64,000 nt of DNA from Octopus sinensis (lineage: Eukaryota): NCBI RefSeq assembly GCF_006345805.1, contig NC_043002.1:103106001-103170000 (forward strand), written 5' to 3'. Positions 27,431 to 39,637 of this stretch are shown one piece after another. Below the pieces are notes generated by a model. It saw only the letters and a list, made by a program, of their open reading frames with translations, was not told where the DNA came from and ran no database searches. Position 1 is the first letter of the stretch; each line of letters opens with the position of its first letter. The position numbers and the translations under genes are program-made.

Positions 27431-28649
27431 GTCAGATAAATACACCTAGAAACATGCATACGTTGGCGAAGATCTCTATAGTCGCACGTGCATTCAGCCT
27501 AAATATATATTTTTTACTCGTATATTTACGTCTCCTGAGAACTAAAAATGTAGTATTAAATCACGTGATCTCATTTTGGGAAATATTTCCTATTGATATA
27601 GTGCTGAAAGCTTGAACTTACAATTATCTGCAGCACATATATGAAATATTGTGTGCGCATATATGTCTGGAGATGTAGATAATTGCCGGTTACATGTGTA
27701 TATGCGCGTACGTATATGTATATCTATGTATGCTTCTCTGTCTCTCTGTTTGTATGTGTATGTATGTATGTATGTATGTATGTATGTACGTATGTATGTA
27801 TGCATGTATGTATGTATATATGTATGTGTGTATACACACATTAATTCAGAAACACATTTCACGAAAATTACCAGGAATACGTATGCAAGATTTGACACAA
27901 TTAATGAGTCGTTTTCTCTAAGTGCCAGGCACTTCGAATCAGTTAATTAGATATCATTTTGGTTCTGCGTCGTTATTATTTCGGAAGGAAAATCAGGAAC
28001 GATGCTCTCAGCATTCTTGTTTATCAGAAAGTGCAATATGTACTTTTCGCTGTATTCTTAAAAAAAATGACATCTTCTATGAAATATTTTCTCTACAAGC
28101 ATTGTTTGATTACTCAGCATTTTTAAAATCATTTGAAGGTAGATATGTATAACATGAAATGGAATTAGAACACTGTTTATACAGATGATTGACGGGCGTA
28201 CATAATATATTAGTTCTGAGTTAAAATGTCGACCAATCTGAAATCTTACCCTTAAAAGAAAATGAAAATATTACGAATACTAAATTTATTTGCGTGTAAC
28301 ACGTTATTCACGTATATAATTGCAAAGCACACGTGTGCTTGCGTATAATATACAAATTTCTAAGTAGAATAGTCAAATTGCTTTCTTCAGAATATCTATA
28401 CCACCGGCATCTTTTTTTGTCTTACTCGGTAGATTTTCGATAGGAAGTCTGTGTGTATCCTGTTTCCGCTTCCTCTTTCACTATGTTTGTATGTGGATGT
28501 ATATATACATACGTATATATTTGTGTGTATGTGTGTGTGTGGTCGCGAGCGCGCGCGTGTGTACGAATATATATGTATATATACATATTATTATGTATTA
28601 ATTGTGGGTATAACCATGATGATAACCGCAGAATACGAAAACTTAGAAA

Positions 28650-30020
28650 ACAGACCAAAATGGAAAGAAAAAAATACATAGCACTAAGAAAAATAGATAT
28701 AAAACAAAACCCATGAAAGAACAGCCAAAGGTGGAAAGAAGGGCAACGTTAAACGCCGATAGAAATAAAGATAATAAAGCCGTACAAAGAGAGGAAAAGC
28801 AATCCATTAACAAACAGAAGTGATATATTAAACGAAATTCAAAATGTAGTGATGAAATTATTTGGTTTAAGAAAATTTTCATTTCACACATAAAATTCAA
28901 AAGAGGTCAGGAATTCTTCGCAGCATTAGATAGGTACTTCCCAAGATCTCCCAAATATCACAAAGTCATTAAGTGGCATTATGGGAAATTAACATACGCG
29001 ACCTCACACAATCTAGAATATCACATATACTAAATAATAGGAAACTAAATTGAATAAAACTGGAAAAAAAAGCGACAGTGGCTAATAACACAGTTCACGA
29101 TGATGGAATATTTACAGATAAGATCATCCATAAAAAAAAACAGAGCCAAACAACACCACACAATTGATGATCCAATCCATACATAAGAATGAGAACACGA
29201 TTAAGAAGGAAGAGGAAAGTAGTAACTCCGCTGGGAGAAATAAACGTATTATATCATATGTAACTGTAGACATAAAGAAGAATGCGAATTTAACAACTGC
29301 ATGATAAAGAGTGTAGTTTACAAATGTGATGTGAAGGCAGGTGCACAGATATGCGTGTATATTACCATGAGATTTCGTCTCCGTAACCATCTTACATTAT
29401 TTTCCGATATAAATAAAATCACTGCACATCACTGTCGAACTTCGTCTGAAGGCAGAAACAACTCACTGGTCTATTATGGAAAATTCTGCGCCATACAACG
29501 GAACATCACTTGTATGCAACTTATGCATTAAACAAACTCTGGAAATCATCACATCCTGGGAAAACGTGATTAATAGACACTCTGATGTGATCTGAACATG
29601 CAAAGTTAAAAGCAAAGCATCGTTTCTGGAATTTGAAAATATAAATTGAAAATAAATAACATCAGCTGCAAATTACAGAATAAAGAACGATCGCAAACAA
29701 ATGAAGAAGCAAACCAATATTTAACATGTTATGCGCTATACCACAAGAAACAATTAAAGATTCACCCTAAGAAATTATGTATCAATTCAGACAATGAACC
29801 CCAAAAGCTGATGGCTGTAGTAACTGTACTTGCTGAACTGTTTACTTCAGGCTTCATCGACGATAATCATGCCATAAATGAGATCGAACAAAGTACAACC
29901 CATCCTTGATATTTGCACACTGAATAGCAAAATAAGTCCAACATTGCCACACACATATCCATCCCTATAAATCTACTATTTCTTCCTCTCTTTCCATCAC
30001 ATTCATACTTTCCCGCTCAA
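28650..30020 (+). mobile_element. Penelope-like element 3' half (post-RT linker, GIY-YIG endonuclease, 3' region), decayed
   Basis: IIWF...GQEFFAALDRYFPRSPKYHKVIK, CNCRHKEECEFNNCMIKSVVYKCDV and APYNGTSLVCNLCIKQTLEII match conserved PLE motifs. The 3' region at 29920-30000 is homologous to 60960-61050 on the minus strand. Confidence 0.75.
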
Positions 30021-30514
30021 CTCAACCAACCTTTGTACTGGTCAAAAGGAATAAACATCAGAAGATAGGTTTGTACAATTTTTCGCATAAGAACTTCGTT
30101 GAGGTTTTTTTATCTTTTTAACATTATTTACATGTCTGTCCGTTCGACAGTTTCACATGGTTTTATTCGTTAAAACTTCAGAAGTTCTTACAACTTTGGT
30201 CGTTGTAATATTTTGTTTTCGTTTGTTTAATAAAATTTCCTCCTATTAAAGATTTTGCTTTCATTTTGTGATAGCTATCATGTAGAAAATATCAGCTTCC
30301 AAATCCTGTTTTGTGATTAGGTAAAAGTGATTAAACCCCAGTAAGATTTCCCTGCAGTTTTTTTCTGGAATAAATAAATGAGAAAATCGGATTTAACGTG
30401 GAAAATTGTTTGAGTATAACAGACTTGAAAATTTTGACGTAATTCTAAAATTTCACAATGTGTCACTGCAACAGGAAATATCCTACAAAAGTAGGGAGAC
30501 AGACAGTTATAGAG

Positions 30515-30577
<63 letters not shown>

Positions 30578-30692
30578 CGCACACACGCACATACACACAC
30601 TCACCCACACACTGAAACACACAAGCATTTACAAACGTACACACAGGTAATCAGAATTTTAAAAGGATGTATAGTAGACATATGTACGCATG

Positions 30693-30729
<37 letters not shown>

Positions 30730-32009
30730 ATGTATGTATATGTGCGTGTGTGTGTGCAGTGTGTGCATGGAGGGCAGTGTGTGTGTGCGTGTGTGTGCAG
30801 TGTGTGTGTGTCTGTGTACGCGTGTATCTATGTATTTACGAAAGTATGTATGCAGTTTCGCGTGTATATCTTTAAAAGACAGCTGTATTAACGTTACGTC
30901 CCACTGCAACTCCATATCTCTCGCTTACACAGTGCTGTTCTCCCCTACCCTGATATCATTCACACTCACTATGCCACGACATTCCTCTCACACTACTGCT
31001 CTTACACTTTTCTTTTTTATCAAATAACAGCCCAACTTCACTAGGGCGTCCTTTACAGAGTTTTATTTAACTGTAATTAGCTTATAATTGAACTGGATAT
31101 TAATTTAACATGTTTGCGAAATGTCATCAAGATTAGTTCACTGAAGTAGGCAGCAAAACGGTAATAGACAGATCAACAAACGGAAATTGTCTTTTATATT
31201 TAAGATGTATATATACATAGGAACATACATGCATATCATATGCATGTGTGTATACGCTTAGGAAATAAAGAAGTGTAGCCACGGAGTAAACTATATAAAA
31301 CTCGCAGGTAACTACGAAGATACTAGAATGAGCCTTTTGGTCGTGCTCAATCTGGTATTCCGAAATTCTTGCACACATCCATTCCGATGTCGGGTCTGAA
31401 CGGTGGGAACAATAACCGCAAAAATATAGCATAAAATTTGGCACGGTCACAGCTCGAAATCTTAAAAGTAATACCAGCCAAGCGCGTCAAGAAATTTTCG
31501 TAGAATTCTGCCTTAATAGAAATCTGTGTGCTATTCGGCTACAGATTTGTCTTGGCTACAGGATGAGAACTAATTTTATCTTAATCAACAGGACCCACAA
31601 ATGTAAATCAAAACGTGGAAAGAACTATGAATTTCGTATCGTAGTATTATATACGCGGTATCTCTTCTCGATTAACTTGTCACGTGCAAAATTATGAAAA
31701 TCAATGAAATAATTGCTAAAAATAATCAGATGCATTTTCATATTTCCTGGTTCACTGAGCTGCATCAACGTATGTGAATTAAAAATTAAAGTCAAATGTG
31801 CACATACGTAAGGCTCAATATATGCATAGTTTTATGAATATATGAATGTATGTATAGATGTTCGTATGTATGCATTTTTCTTTCCTTCTGTCAGTGTATG
31901 GGGGGAATACATTTTCAATTTCACATTTATTCCCTTCTTTTATGACTGTGTCAAGATCCAACACAACTGATAGTAATATTTATTGTGGCCGGTACTCCAT
32001 TGGAGTGGT

Positions 32010-34400
32010 ATAACAGGAGATTCTTATTTCACACAGGACGTGTTTCAGAACGTTTGAAATAACAGGAGAAATTTTTAAGATAGGCAGCGATTTCAAAATC
32101 CAGGAATTTGGTATGCTCTCGAAGGACTTTTAATAATCAAAGCATGCAGAAGTGATATTTCTGCGTTTGTTATGGATGGAAGCACTCCGTCGGTTACGAC
32201 GATGAGGGTTCCGGTCGATCCGAATCACGAACAGCCTGCTTGTGAAATTAACGTGTAAGTGGCTGAGCACTCCACAGACACGTGTACCCTTAACGTAGTT
32301 CTCGGGATATTCAGCGTGACACAGAGAGTGACAAGGCCGGCCCTTTGAAATACAGGTACAACAGAAACAGGAAGTAAGAGTGAGAGTAAGTTATGGTGAA
32401 AGAGTACAGCAGGGATCACCACCATCCCCTGCCGGAGCCTCGTGGAGCTTTTAGGTGTTTTCACTCAATAAACACTCACAACGCCCGGTCTGGGAATCGA
32501 AACCGCGATCCTATGACCGCGAGTCCGCTGCCCTAACCACTGGGCCATTGCGCCTCCACTGCGTTTGTTATACAATTCTCAAGGATCATAGCATCCATAA
32601 GAGCCTCGTCGGCAGCCTGTTTGTTCAGTGAGGAAAATACCGTTCTATTCCATAAATTTGAATGTTTTCTCCACTGGGAAGTTTGTGGAAATTCGGTTTC
32701 ATTAATCTTTGGGAGTAGGTAAGACTTCTTGCTAACAAATCAGGTGTTCTCGTAGGATCTCTCATAATCTCATTGAAAATTCGGACTAACATTTCGTGGG
32801 TGCACGGGACGGAAGCGAGCCAGAAATTCGGCACCAGGAGATTTCCACTTATGAGCCATCAACAGCGTCATCCTTATATCTTCTATTGTGGTGTCTTCCC
32901 GTACTTGCGCTGATCTAATCCACTTAACATTTTCATTGTCAGTTTTTTTCATCACTTCAGATATTTTTCCAGAAGTTTTCACCTTCTTCAGCGGCAGGGT
33001 GGTCTTCAACGCTTATTCTCTCCTTCCCCATTTCAACGTAGAATGTTTTCACATTGGATGTGAACAGCATATTTTGCTTCTAAAATTTCCTTCTCTTCAA
33101 ATCTTCGTATTCTTTGAGGTTTGGCTTGAACATTTTCTTGCAGTGTTCTTTTGCCGAATCCAGTTCTTCTCTTGGTGAGAATCTATGTTTTCACTTTATC
33201 TTCTTTTTCTGGTGTTTTACATCGTTTCCAAAGATTAATTCATTCAATATTGATATTTCACATCTCATTATTTCAAACCTTTTTTGAATTTTATTTTTCC
33301 AGTTTGGCATTCTTCTCAGGTTTGTATTTCTTCGCATTTTCGGAGGCATACAACTCGTTTCAATTGTCTTCGCAGCTGCATAAATATTTTCATTTAATTC
33401 AGTGAGATTTAATCTTAGTTCTTGTATAATTGCCTTTGTTGCATTGTTTCCAGTTTTAATTTGTTTTCTATTTTGGATTGCATTTGAGAGCTTATAAAGT
33501 GGTTCTTTATCATGCATATTGGTGTGTCTTACAACCGCAATTTTATTCAGGATTTTCTGTTTCAGTTCTATCATATGCTCTTTGCGTTCTTCAGTAAATA
33601 TGTAGTCTTCAAATATTACCACATTCTTTACCATCTTTATCATTGTCAGTACAATTTATTTCATTTCTCCAGACGGTTGCGAGTTCTGGTCGGAAGGCAG
33701 TCTTTCAATAGACTCATGAAGAGTTTCTCTCCTCATATGATTCTTCATTTCCTTGTTGTGTTATATTTCGGTCACTTTCCGCTGCGTGCTTGATCGCAGA
33801 TATTTCACTATCTTTGAGTCATTAAATTTTGAAGAAATCCCTCCTAACATTTGCTAACTCGTTTTTTCCAAATATAGTCTTCTGTCTTAATTTCGTGTTC
33901 TCCATATTTGATAAGAGTGTGCAGTGTGCTTCTCTTCAGATGGTCTGCCTAATGCATAGTAATAGGCGTATATTATTTCTGTATGTTCTCGGGTCCATTT
34001 GATCCTCTTATATTTGTCTTTCTGTGGTGGATGTGGTTGTGGACTTTGAGGTCTCAAACTGGAGCAGTTCCCATTCAAGTGACCGTCCAGGTTCGTATTC
34101 AGAGAAGAGTTTGTGCCAGTGGATGACTTTTCGAACCCAGGCTGGCTCTCTCCTGGGGGATGCGCTTCCAGATTAACCATTAGGACAAGCGATTTCGAGT
34201 ATTGGATTGGCAAATAAGTTCCCGCCGTGTTTTTTAAATTTTAGAATTTATAGCGTTTTTAAATTTTGGAATCTATTTTTCTCGAGAATTCTTTTTTGAA
34301 TCATTTTTGAATCTATCTTGTTTTTTTCTAGTTAATTTTGTTAATTTTTGTACCAACGAGGCATTGAATATCTTATTGAACGTTAGGAAACAGTTGTAAA
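32010..34400 (-). mobile_element. R4/Dong-like non-LTR retrotransposon, 5' half, frameshifted and interrupted by a SINE
   Basis: N-terminal KRIKWTREHTEIIYAYYYALGRP, NKLANVRRD, PNWKNKIQKRFEIMRCEISIL and QAKPQRIRR. RT motifs HKWKSPG, EQTGCRRGSYGC and CFDY*KSFESIPNSWILKSL. Later RT domains and the endonuclease are absent. Confidence 0.75.
32174..32558 (-). mobile_element. tRNA-derived SINE, family R, full length, tail type 1, with 13-bp TSD
   Basis: TSD CTGCGTTTGTTAT at 32161-32173 and 32559-32571. A/B-box head. Tail ends ...CGTAACCGACGGAGTGCT(TCCA)2. Confidence 0.92.
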
Positions 34401-34719
34401 CAACAAGTGTGAATACATTATTGAACAATTATTTGTTATTTCTTATTAAACATTTAAATTTAAAAAACGGTCGAAACTCAGTTGCCAACCTAATACATTT
34501 GTAGTTTCTTTCTTTGCATCGTAAGACATATTTGTGCAACATTACAATTAATAGTGTTGAGTCCTGCATTGTAGCAGATGTAGAGACGGTTGATGTCTCT
34601 GCCACTATTACCTTGGCATTACAACATTGCTCATCGTCATTTACCACCAATAGTGCCTCGATCTGTATCGTTGTGTCCAACCATCAACATCATCATCATC
34701 GTCGTCGTCATTATTATTA

Positions 34720-34754
<35 letters not shown>

Positions 34755-34755
34755 G

Positions 34756-35306
34756 AGTGAGAGAGCAGTGCATGCCATCAAAGTGACACTGGGGTAAAAT
34801 ATACGAAGCCCAATATTACCCATCATGACTACCCGTCTGATAAAGGTACACCAGGCACATGCATCACAACCATATGTGCGCGACATGGTGATCTCATATC
34901 AAGATAAACAGCACATGACCTTGCAGGTGGGGCCCAGTTAGAATTTCTTCAGGTTGAGTAGCCCATCCCGCTCAAACGGTCCCGAATAAGGTTGTTAAGG
35001 ATGTTGAAAAAAAACCACCCATGTTTCCAGAGGTGATTATTCAAACCCCAAAGAATCCCTCTCAACACATGGCTATGATGCTCCCCCACCTACTTCTGCT
35101 CGTGATCAGAGATGCACATATCGTCAGCCACTAAGGGACATGCTCAACTGATTAAGGTCAAGCAACTGACAAGCAAATCTGTGTATTGAGCAGAATATTT
35201 GCTGTAGCCCATCTTTTATACCAAGACAAAACAATGTACATGATAACACTTCCAATCAGTTAAGATCAGAAGCCATGAGAGCCACTGCCTGGTACTGCAT
35301 CATGGC

Positions 35307-35310
<4 letters not shown>
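34756..35310. mobile_element. Unclassified interspersed element of about 550 bp, bounded by (TAT/ATA)n on both sides
   Basis: A sharply bounded, more GC-balanced island between two (TTA)n tracts, with no tRNA head, TIR or ORF. It resembles a repeat I recall from octopus DNA (not verified). Confidence 0.5.
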
Positions 35311-35347
<37 letters not shown>

Positions 35348-35952
35348 TTATTATTAGTGTTACAATAATAATAGTAATAATTATTATTATTATTATATTC
35401 TCATTTAGCCTAGCTATCTAATATACATATAAATGTATGTATGAATATATATATATATATATATATATATAGATATATATATATATATAATATATATATA
35501 TGCGTGTGTGCGTGTATGTGTAAACAGACATATATATAAATATATACCCATGTACTGATTCCTCAGTAGATACAGTACGTCTTTTAGCATCGTGGCATGC
35601 ATATATTCCCATTGTACAGTCTAGTGTGTTTCTTCGCCAAGCAGCTAAGAACACAGGTTGTCTATACGCGTTCATAGATTCTAGTGAGTCACGTATTATA
35701 GGAAAGTATCTGAGGAATTCCATTGACAGGGAAGGTGCCATAATCAGTTATTCTTTAAGAACTGTCGAGTGGAAAATTTATCCTTTTGACCTGGTAAACG
35801 AGAGGAAAGAATTTTCTGCTATATATCTAGCAAAGCTTATAAACTCATGTGTCGACACAATTGCATGCTCGAATACACAGAAAAGGACGCACACATGGGT
35901 ACATATGCAAATACAAACACTAAACACACACCAACACCCACCACGCACACAA

Positions 35953-36009
<57 letters not shown>

Positions 36010-36099
36010 CGTTTTATATATACATATTCATAGACATACATACAAAAGCAATGATATGTATATATATGTATATGTACTCTTACTCTCTCTCCCTCTGTC

Positions 36100-36220
36100 G
36101 ATATATATATATATATGCATATATATCTACATATATATATAGGTATATATATTTATATATATATATATAAATATGTATATATATATATATATGTATATAT
36201 ATATACATTATATATATAAA

Positions 36221-36251
<31 letters not shown>

Positions 36252-36346
36252 ATACATATTTATATTATATATATACATATTTATATATATATATAAATAT
36301 ATATTATATATATATATATAATATATATTTATATATATATAAATAT

Positions 36347-36380
<34 letters not shown>

Positions 36381-36388
36381 AATATGTA

Positions 36389-36427
<39 letters not shown>

Positions 36428-36569
36428 AATATATATATCTATATTACATGTATAATATATATGTAAATATTTATATATATATAAATATGTATATAATATA
36501 CATATGTATGTTATATATATTTATATATATATATATATAAATATGTATATATATATACATATGTATGGG

Positions 36570-36645
<76 letters not shown>
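36100..36645. repeat. Long interrupted (TA)n microsatellite
   Basis: Read directly from the sequence. Confidence 0.95.
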
Positions 36646-36647
<2 letters not shown>

Positions 36648-37659
36648 AACCTGATATGTATAGGTATTGTGGTATGTACATATACAAGCTTTCGGGCAGT
36701 TTTGTTCACAATATTCATGATGAAAACTGCATCACTAAAGTCGGGAATTTTTGCGCATGATCTCCCACACTCATGTATTACGAAGAGACTAAACATCGAT
36801 AGAAGCAACGGCAAAACTGCTCCTCGGTATGATATCTTTACAACATATATTCACACACATAAGAAGAAAACACAAATGACGAACACATTTCGGGTAACTC
36901 TGCCCTACTTATATTATTTCTAATCAAAATAGCGGAATTGAATTGCTGAGATTTTGATCATTTGCTGCTTCTTGTAAACGGGAGTTTAAAATTTCAATCA
37001 AATACTACAAGTATTTGCGACTTAGACAGATATGTTCAGCAGGCAGACATCTCATTCCGAGTATTACACTCGTACATTAAAATCTGTTACTCATTATACA
37101 TTTATCATAATTAATCGTATTTCTGCAAAACAGAATGGCCTACTCTGTGCCTACAGCCCATTATGTTCCTCTTTTCGCATCACTTATGAATGTTTGATGC
37201 GAAATCTCTAGTCTATTATAAAATGATCAAGGGTAATTTAAAGTAAAACTAGTATATTGCCACCTATGAAATGCTGTTCATCGTCGTTCTGTCCTTATGC
37301 CCTGTTTAAAGACAGAAAAAATACAATGCAAAGAACAGTAGGTAGACAACATCATACGAATGGAATCGCGATCTTTTCACATTGTTTCTTTAAATATCAA
37401 ACGTCTGTCATTTAAGCTCGACATCAAATGAACTCCTTGAATATCACGAATGAGAAACGGCTTACAAGGGCAATGCAAAAGCTCCGCCATAACACTCGCC
37501 GCTATATGTCACAAGAAATCTCTTAAATTAAGATAATTTTGTGAAACATTTTGACAATGAAGTATCAATGTAAACAAGATTTGACTCCGTTGGGAAAGTG
37601 ATGATTCAATATTCGGTCAGTTTGTTCCAATAAGTTTCATGAGGTACGTAAATAGAGTA

Positions 37660-37674
37660 AATACACACACACAC

Positions 37675-37723
<49 letters not shown>

Positions 37724-37762
37724 CATATATACATACATATATATACAAGTATATATATACAA

Positions 37763-37823
<61 letters not shown>

Positions 37824-37838
37824 CATACAAATATACAT

Positions 37839-37893
<55 letters not shown>

Positions 37894-37930
37894 TATATAT
37901 ACATATATATACGTATGCATATATATATAT
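37660..37930. repeat. Interrupted (TA)n/(TACA) microsatellite
   Basis: Read directly from the sequence. Confidence 0.9.
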
Positions 37931-38411
37931 CGTAGTGAATGAATATGTATGAATAGAGAAGTTCTTCTACAAGCGTTTGATGAATGGCAAAAAAAAGAAG
38001 CAAGAAACAAATAAAAATGGAAACAAATGAATAAACAAATAAACAAACGTCGTAGAGTAGAAAAAAGATAAAGTACTCGAGGGACGAAAACCACATTTAT
38101 ATTTATTGTGATTAAATTTACGATGATTGATGATATAAATAAATGGAATTACTGACAACAATAATGACTTCCGTCTGTATGTTTGTGTGTGCTCCAATGT
38201 ATATAGACACATCACATATATACGCATTTATATATATATATATATATATATAATATATTATATATACACGTACATACATACATGCGTTTATATATCCGTA
38301 TACACACAATATATTCTGCCCACATGTTACATGAGTTTGCTCTAATTCTTTTGCTGTTTTATGAGGTTAAAACGAACATATATATACATATATGTATATA
38401 TATATATGTAC

Positions 38412-38466
<55 letters not shown>

Positions 38467-39261
38467 CAGACACACACATACACACACACGCATATATATA
38501 TACACCTTCGATGCGAATAGTTTTTTATACGGCGCCGTTTTTACAATCCTGTAAATAATAATGATGGTATTTTTATAAGCTTAAAGCTTATGGCGATCAC
38601 CGTTCAATGACTAAAAGAAATAGTCTAATAAATGGTCATATAAGCCTACGACAGACAAAAGAAGGCTTCCTCATCCACGCGAATACGAAAACGTTCTTTT
38701 TTCGCCAGAAGCTTCAGATTAACTTACCTCGAGGCAAGATGTGCAAATGAGGAAAGCTACATCAAATTCCATTCTTCAACGAGTGCTACATATTGGAGGA
38801 GGCTCTCAGTAATAACAGTGTAGCTAAATGGCGGTGTATCTGCATGGCCGCAGCTCTGATCTGAAACTACAGAAAAAAATGTATGGCGAGGTAGAAACAT
38901 ATATGATAGCACCATGACAATGATCGAATCCCGAAAGTATTGCTCACGTTTGCTTCACTAGACGTTGATACTTTGTGAATTCGATTGGCAAAGTAAGGGG
39001 TATTAATATGTATTTCAAACGATCAATGTGACCCATTGTCATTTCTTTCTCTATTCTTGCTTGAAAAGAATGTTGAATTTTGAAGCTACCTACTTCTTGG
39101 ATTAATTTTATCTTCTCAGTGATAGATACCGGCTTTGTCCTTTGAAGATTCCTTGGAGATTCTATACTTATAATGAAATTAGTTAACCAGTATAACAGTA
39201 TATATGTGATTGGCGAAAGTTATATAAATAAATAATCGAAACTGTAATGATTCATTTATGA

Positions 39262-39421
39262 TGTTACAGTTCTATATTTAAGAGATGAGGAATTATGTAC
39301 ATTATTTATATTATTTACATTTGACGGATATTTGTCCTCATCTTCTTTAATGTTAATACAACGTTTCGGCTGATCTACCCTCAAGCCTTCATCAGGTGTC
39401 TTGGGGAAATTTCTAACCTGG
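39262..39421 (-). mobile_element. 5'-truncated inverted copy of the hammerhead-bearing element
   Basis: The reverse complement of 39310-39421 aligns with 39526-39637. It extends about 45 bp further at its 3' end. Confidence 0.8.
39355..39400 (-). ncRNA. Minimal type I hammerhead ribozyme motif (Penelope-type)
   Basis: Minus strand: GACAC-CTGATGA-A-GGCT-tgagggtagatc-AGCC-GAAA-CG-T-T-GTATT. Intact CUGAUGA and GAAA, palindromic ACGU stem III, 4/5 pairs in stem I. Confidence 0.7.
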
Positions 39422-39637
39422 GCATATGGCGTAGTGGTTAAGATTCCGAGCTCGATTCCTGGCATTGACCTGAATAATAGAAATATAATAATAATAACGT
39501 CGAAAAATACCTTAGGAATGAGAACCCAGGTTTGAAATTTCCTCAAAACACCTGATGAAGGCTGGCGTATATATCAGCCGAAACGCTGTATTAACAACAA
39601 ACATGATGCGGACAAGTATACGTCAAATGTAAATAAT
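39421..39637 (+). mobile_element. SINE-like element: tRNA-like head, (AAT)n linker and Penelope-type hammerhead body
   Basis: A box TGGCGTAGTGG (39427-39437), B-box-like GCTCGATTCC (39450-39459), hammerhead core at 39547-39592. Confidence 0.7.
39547..39592 (+). ncRNA. Minimal hammerhead motif, probably inactivated (U16.1 to C)
   Basis: AACAC-CTGATGA-A-GGCTG-gcgtatatat-CAGCC-GAAA-CG-C-T-GTATT. Confidence 0.6.
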
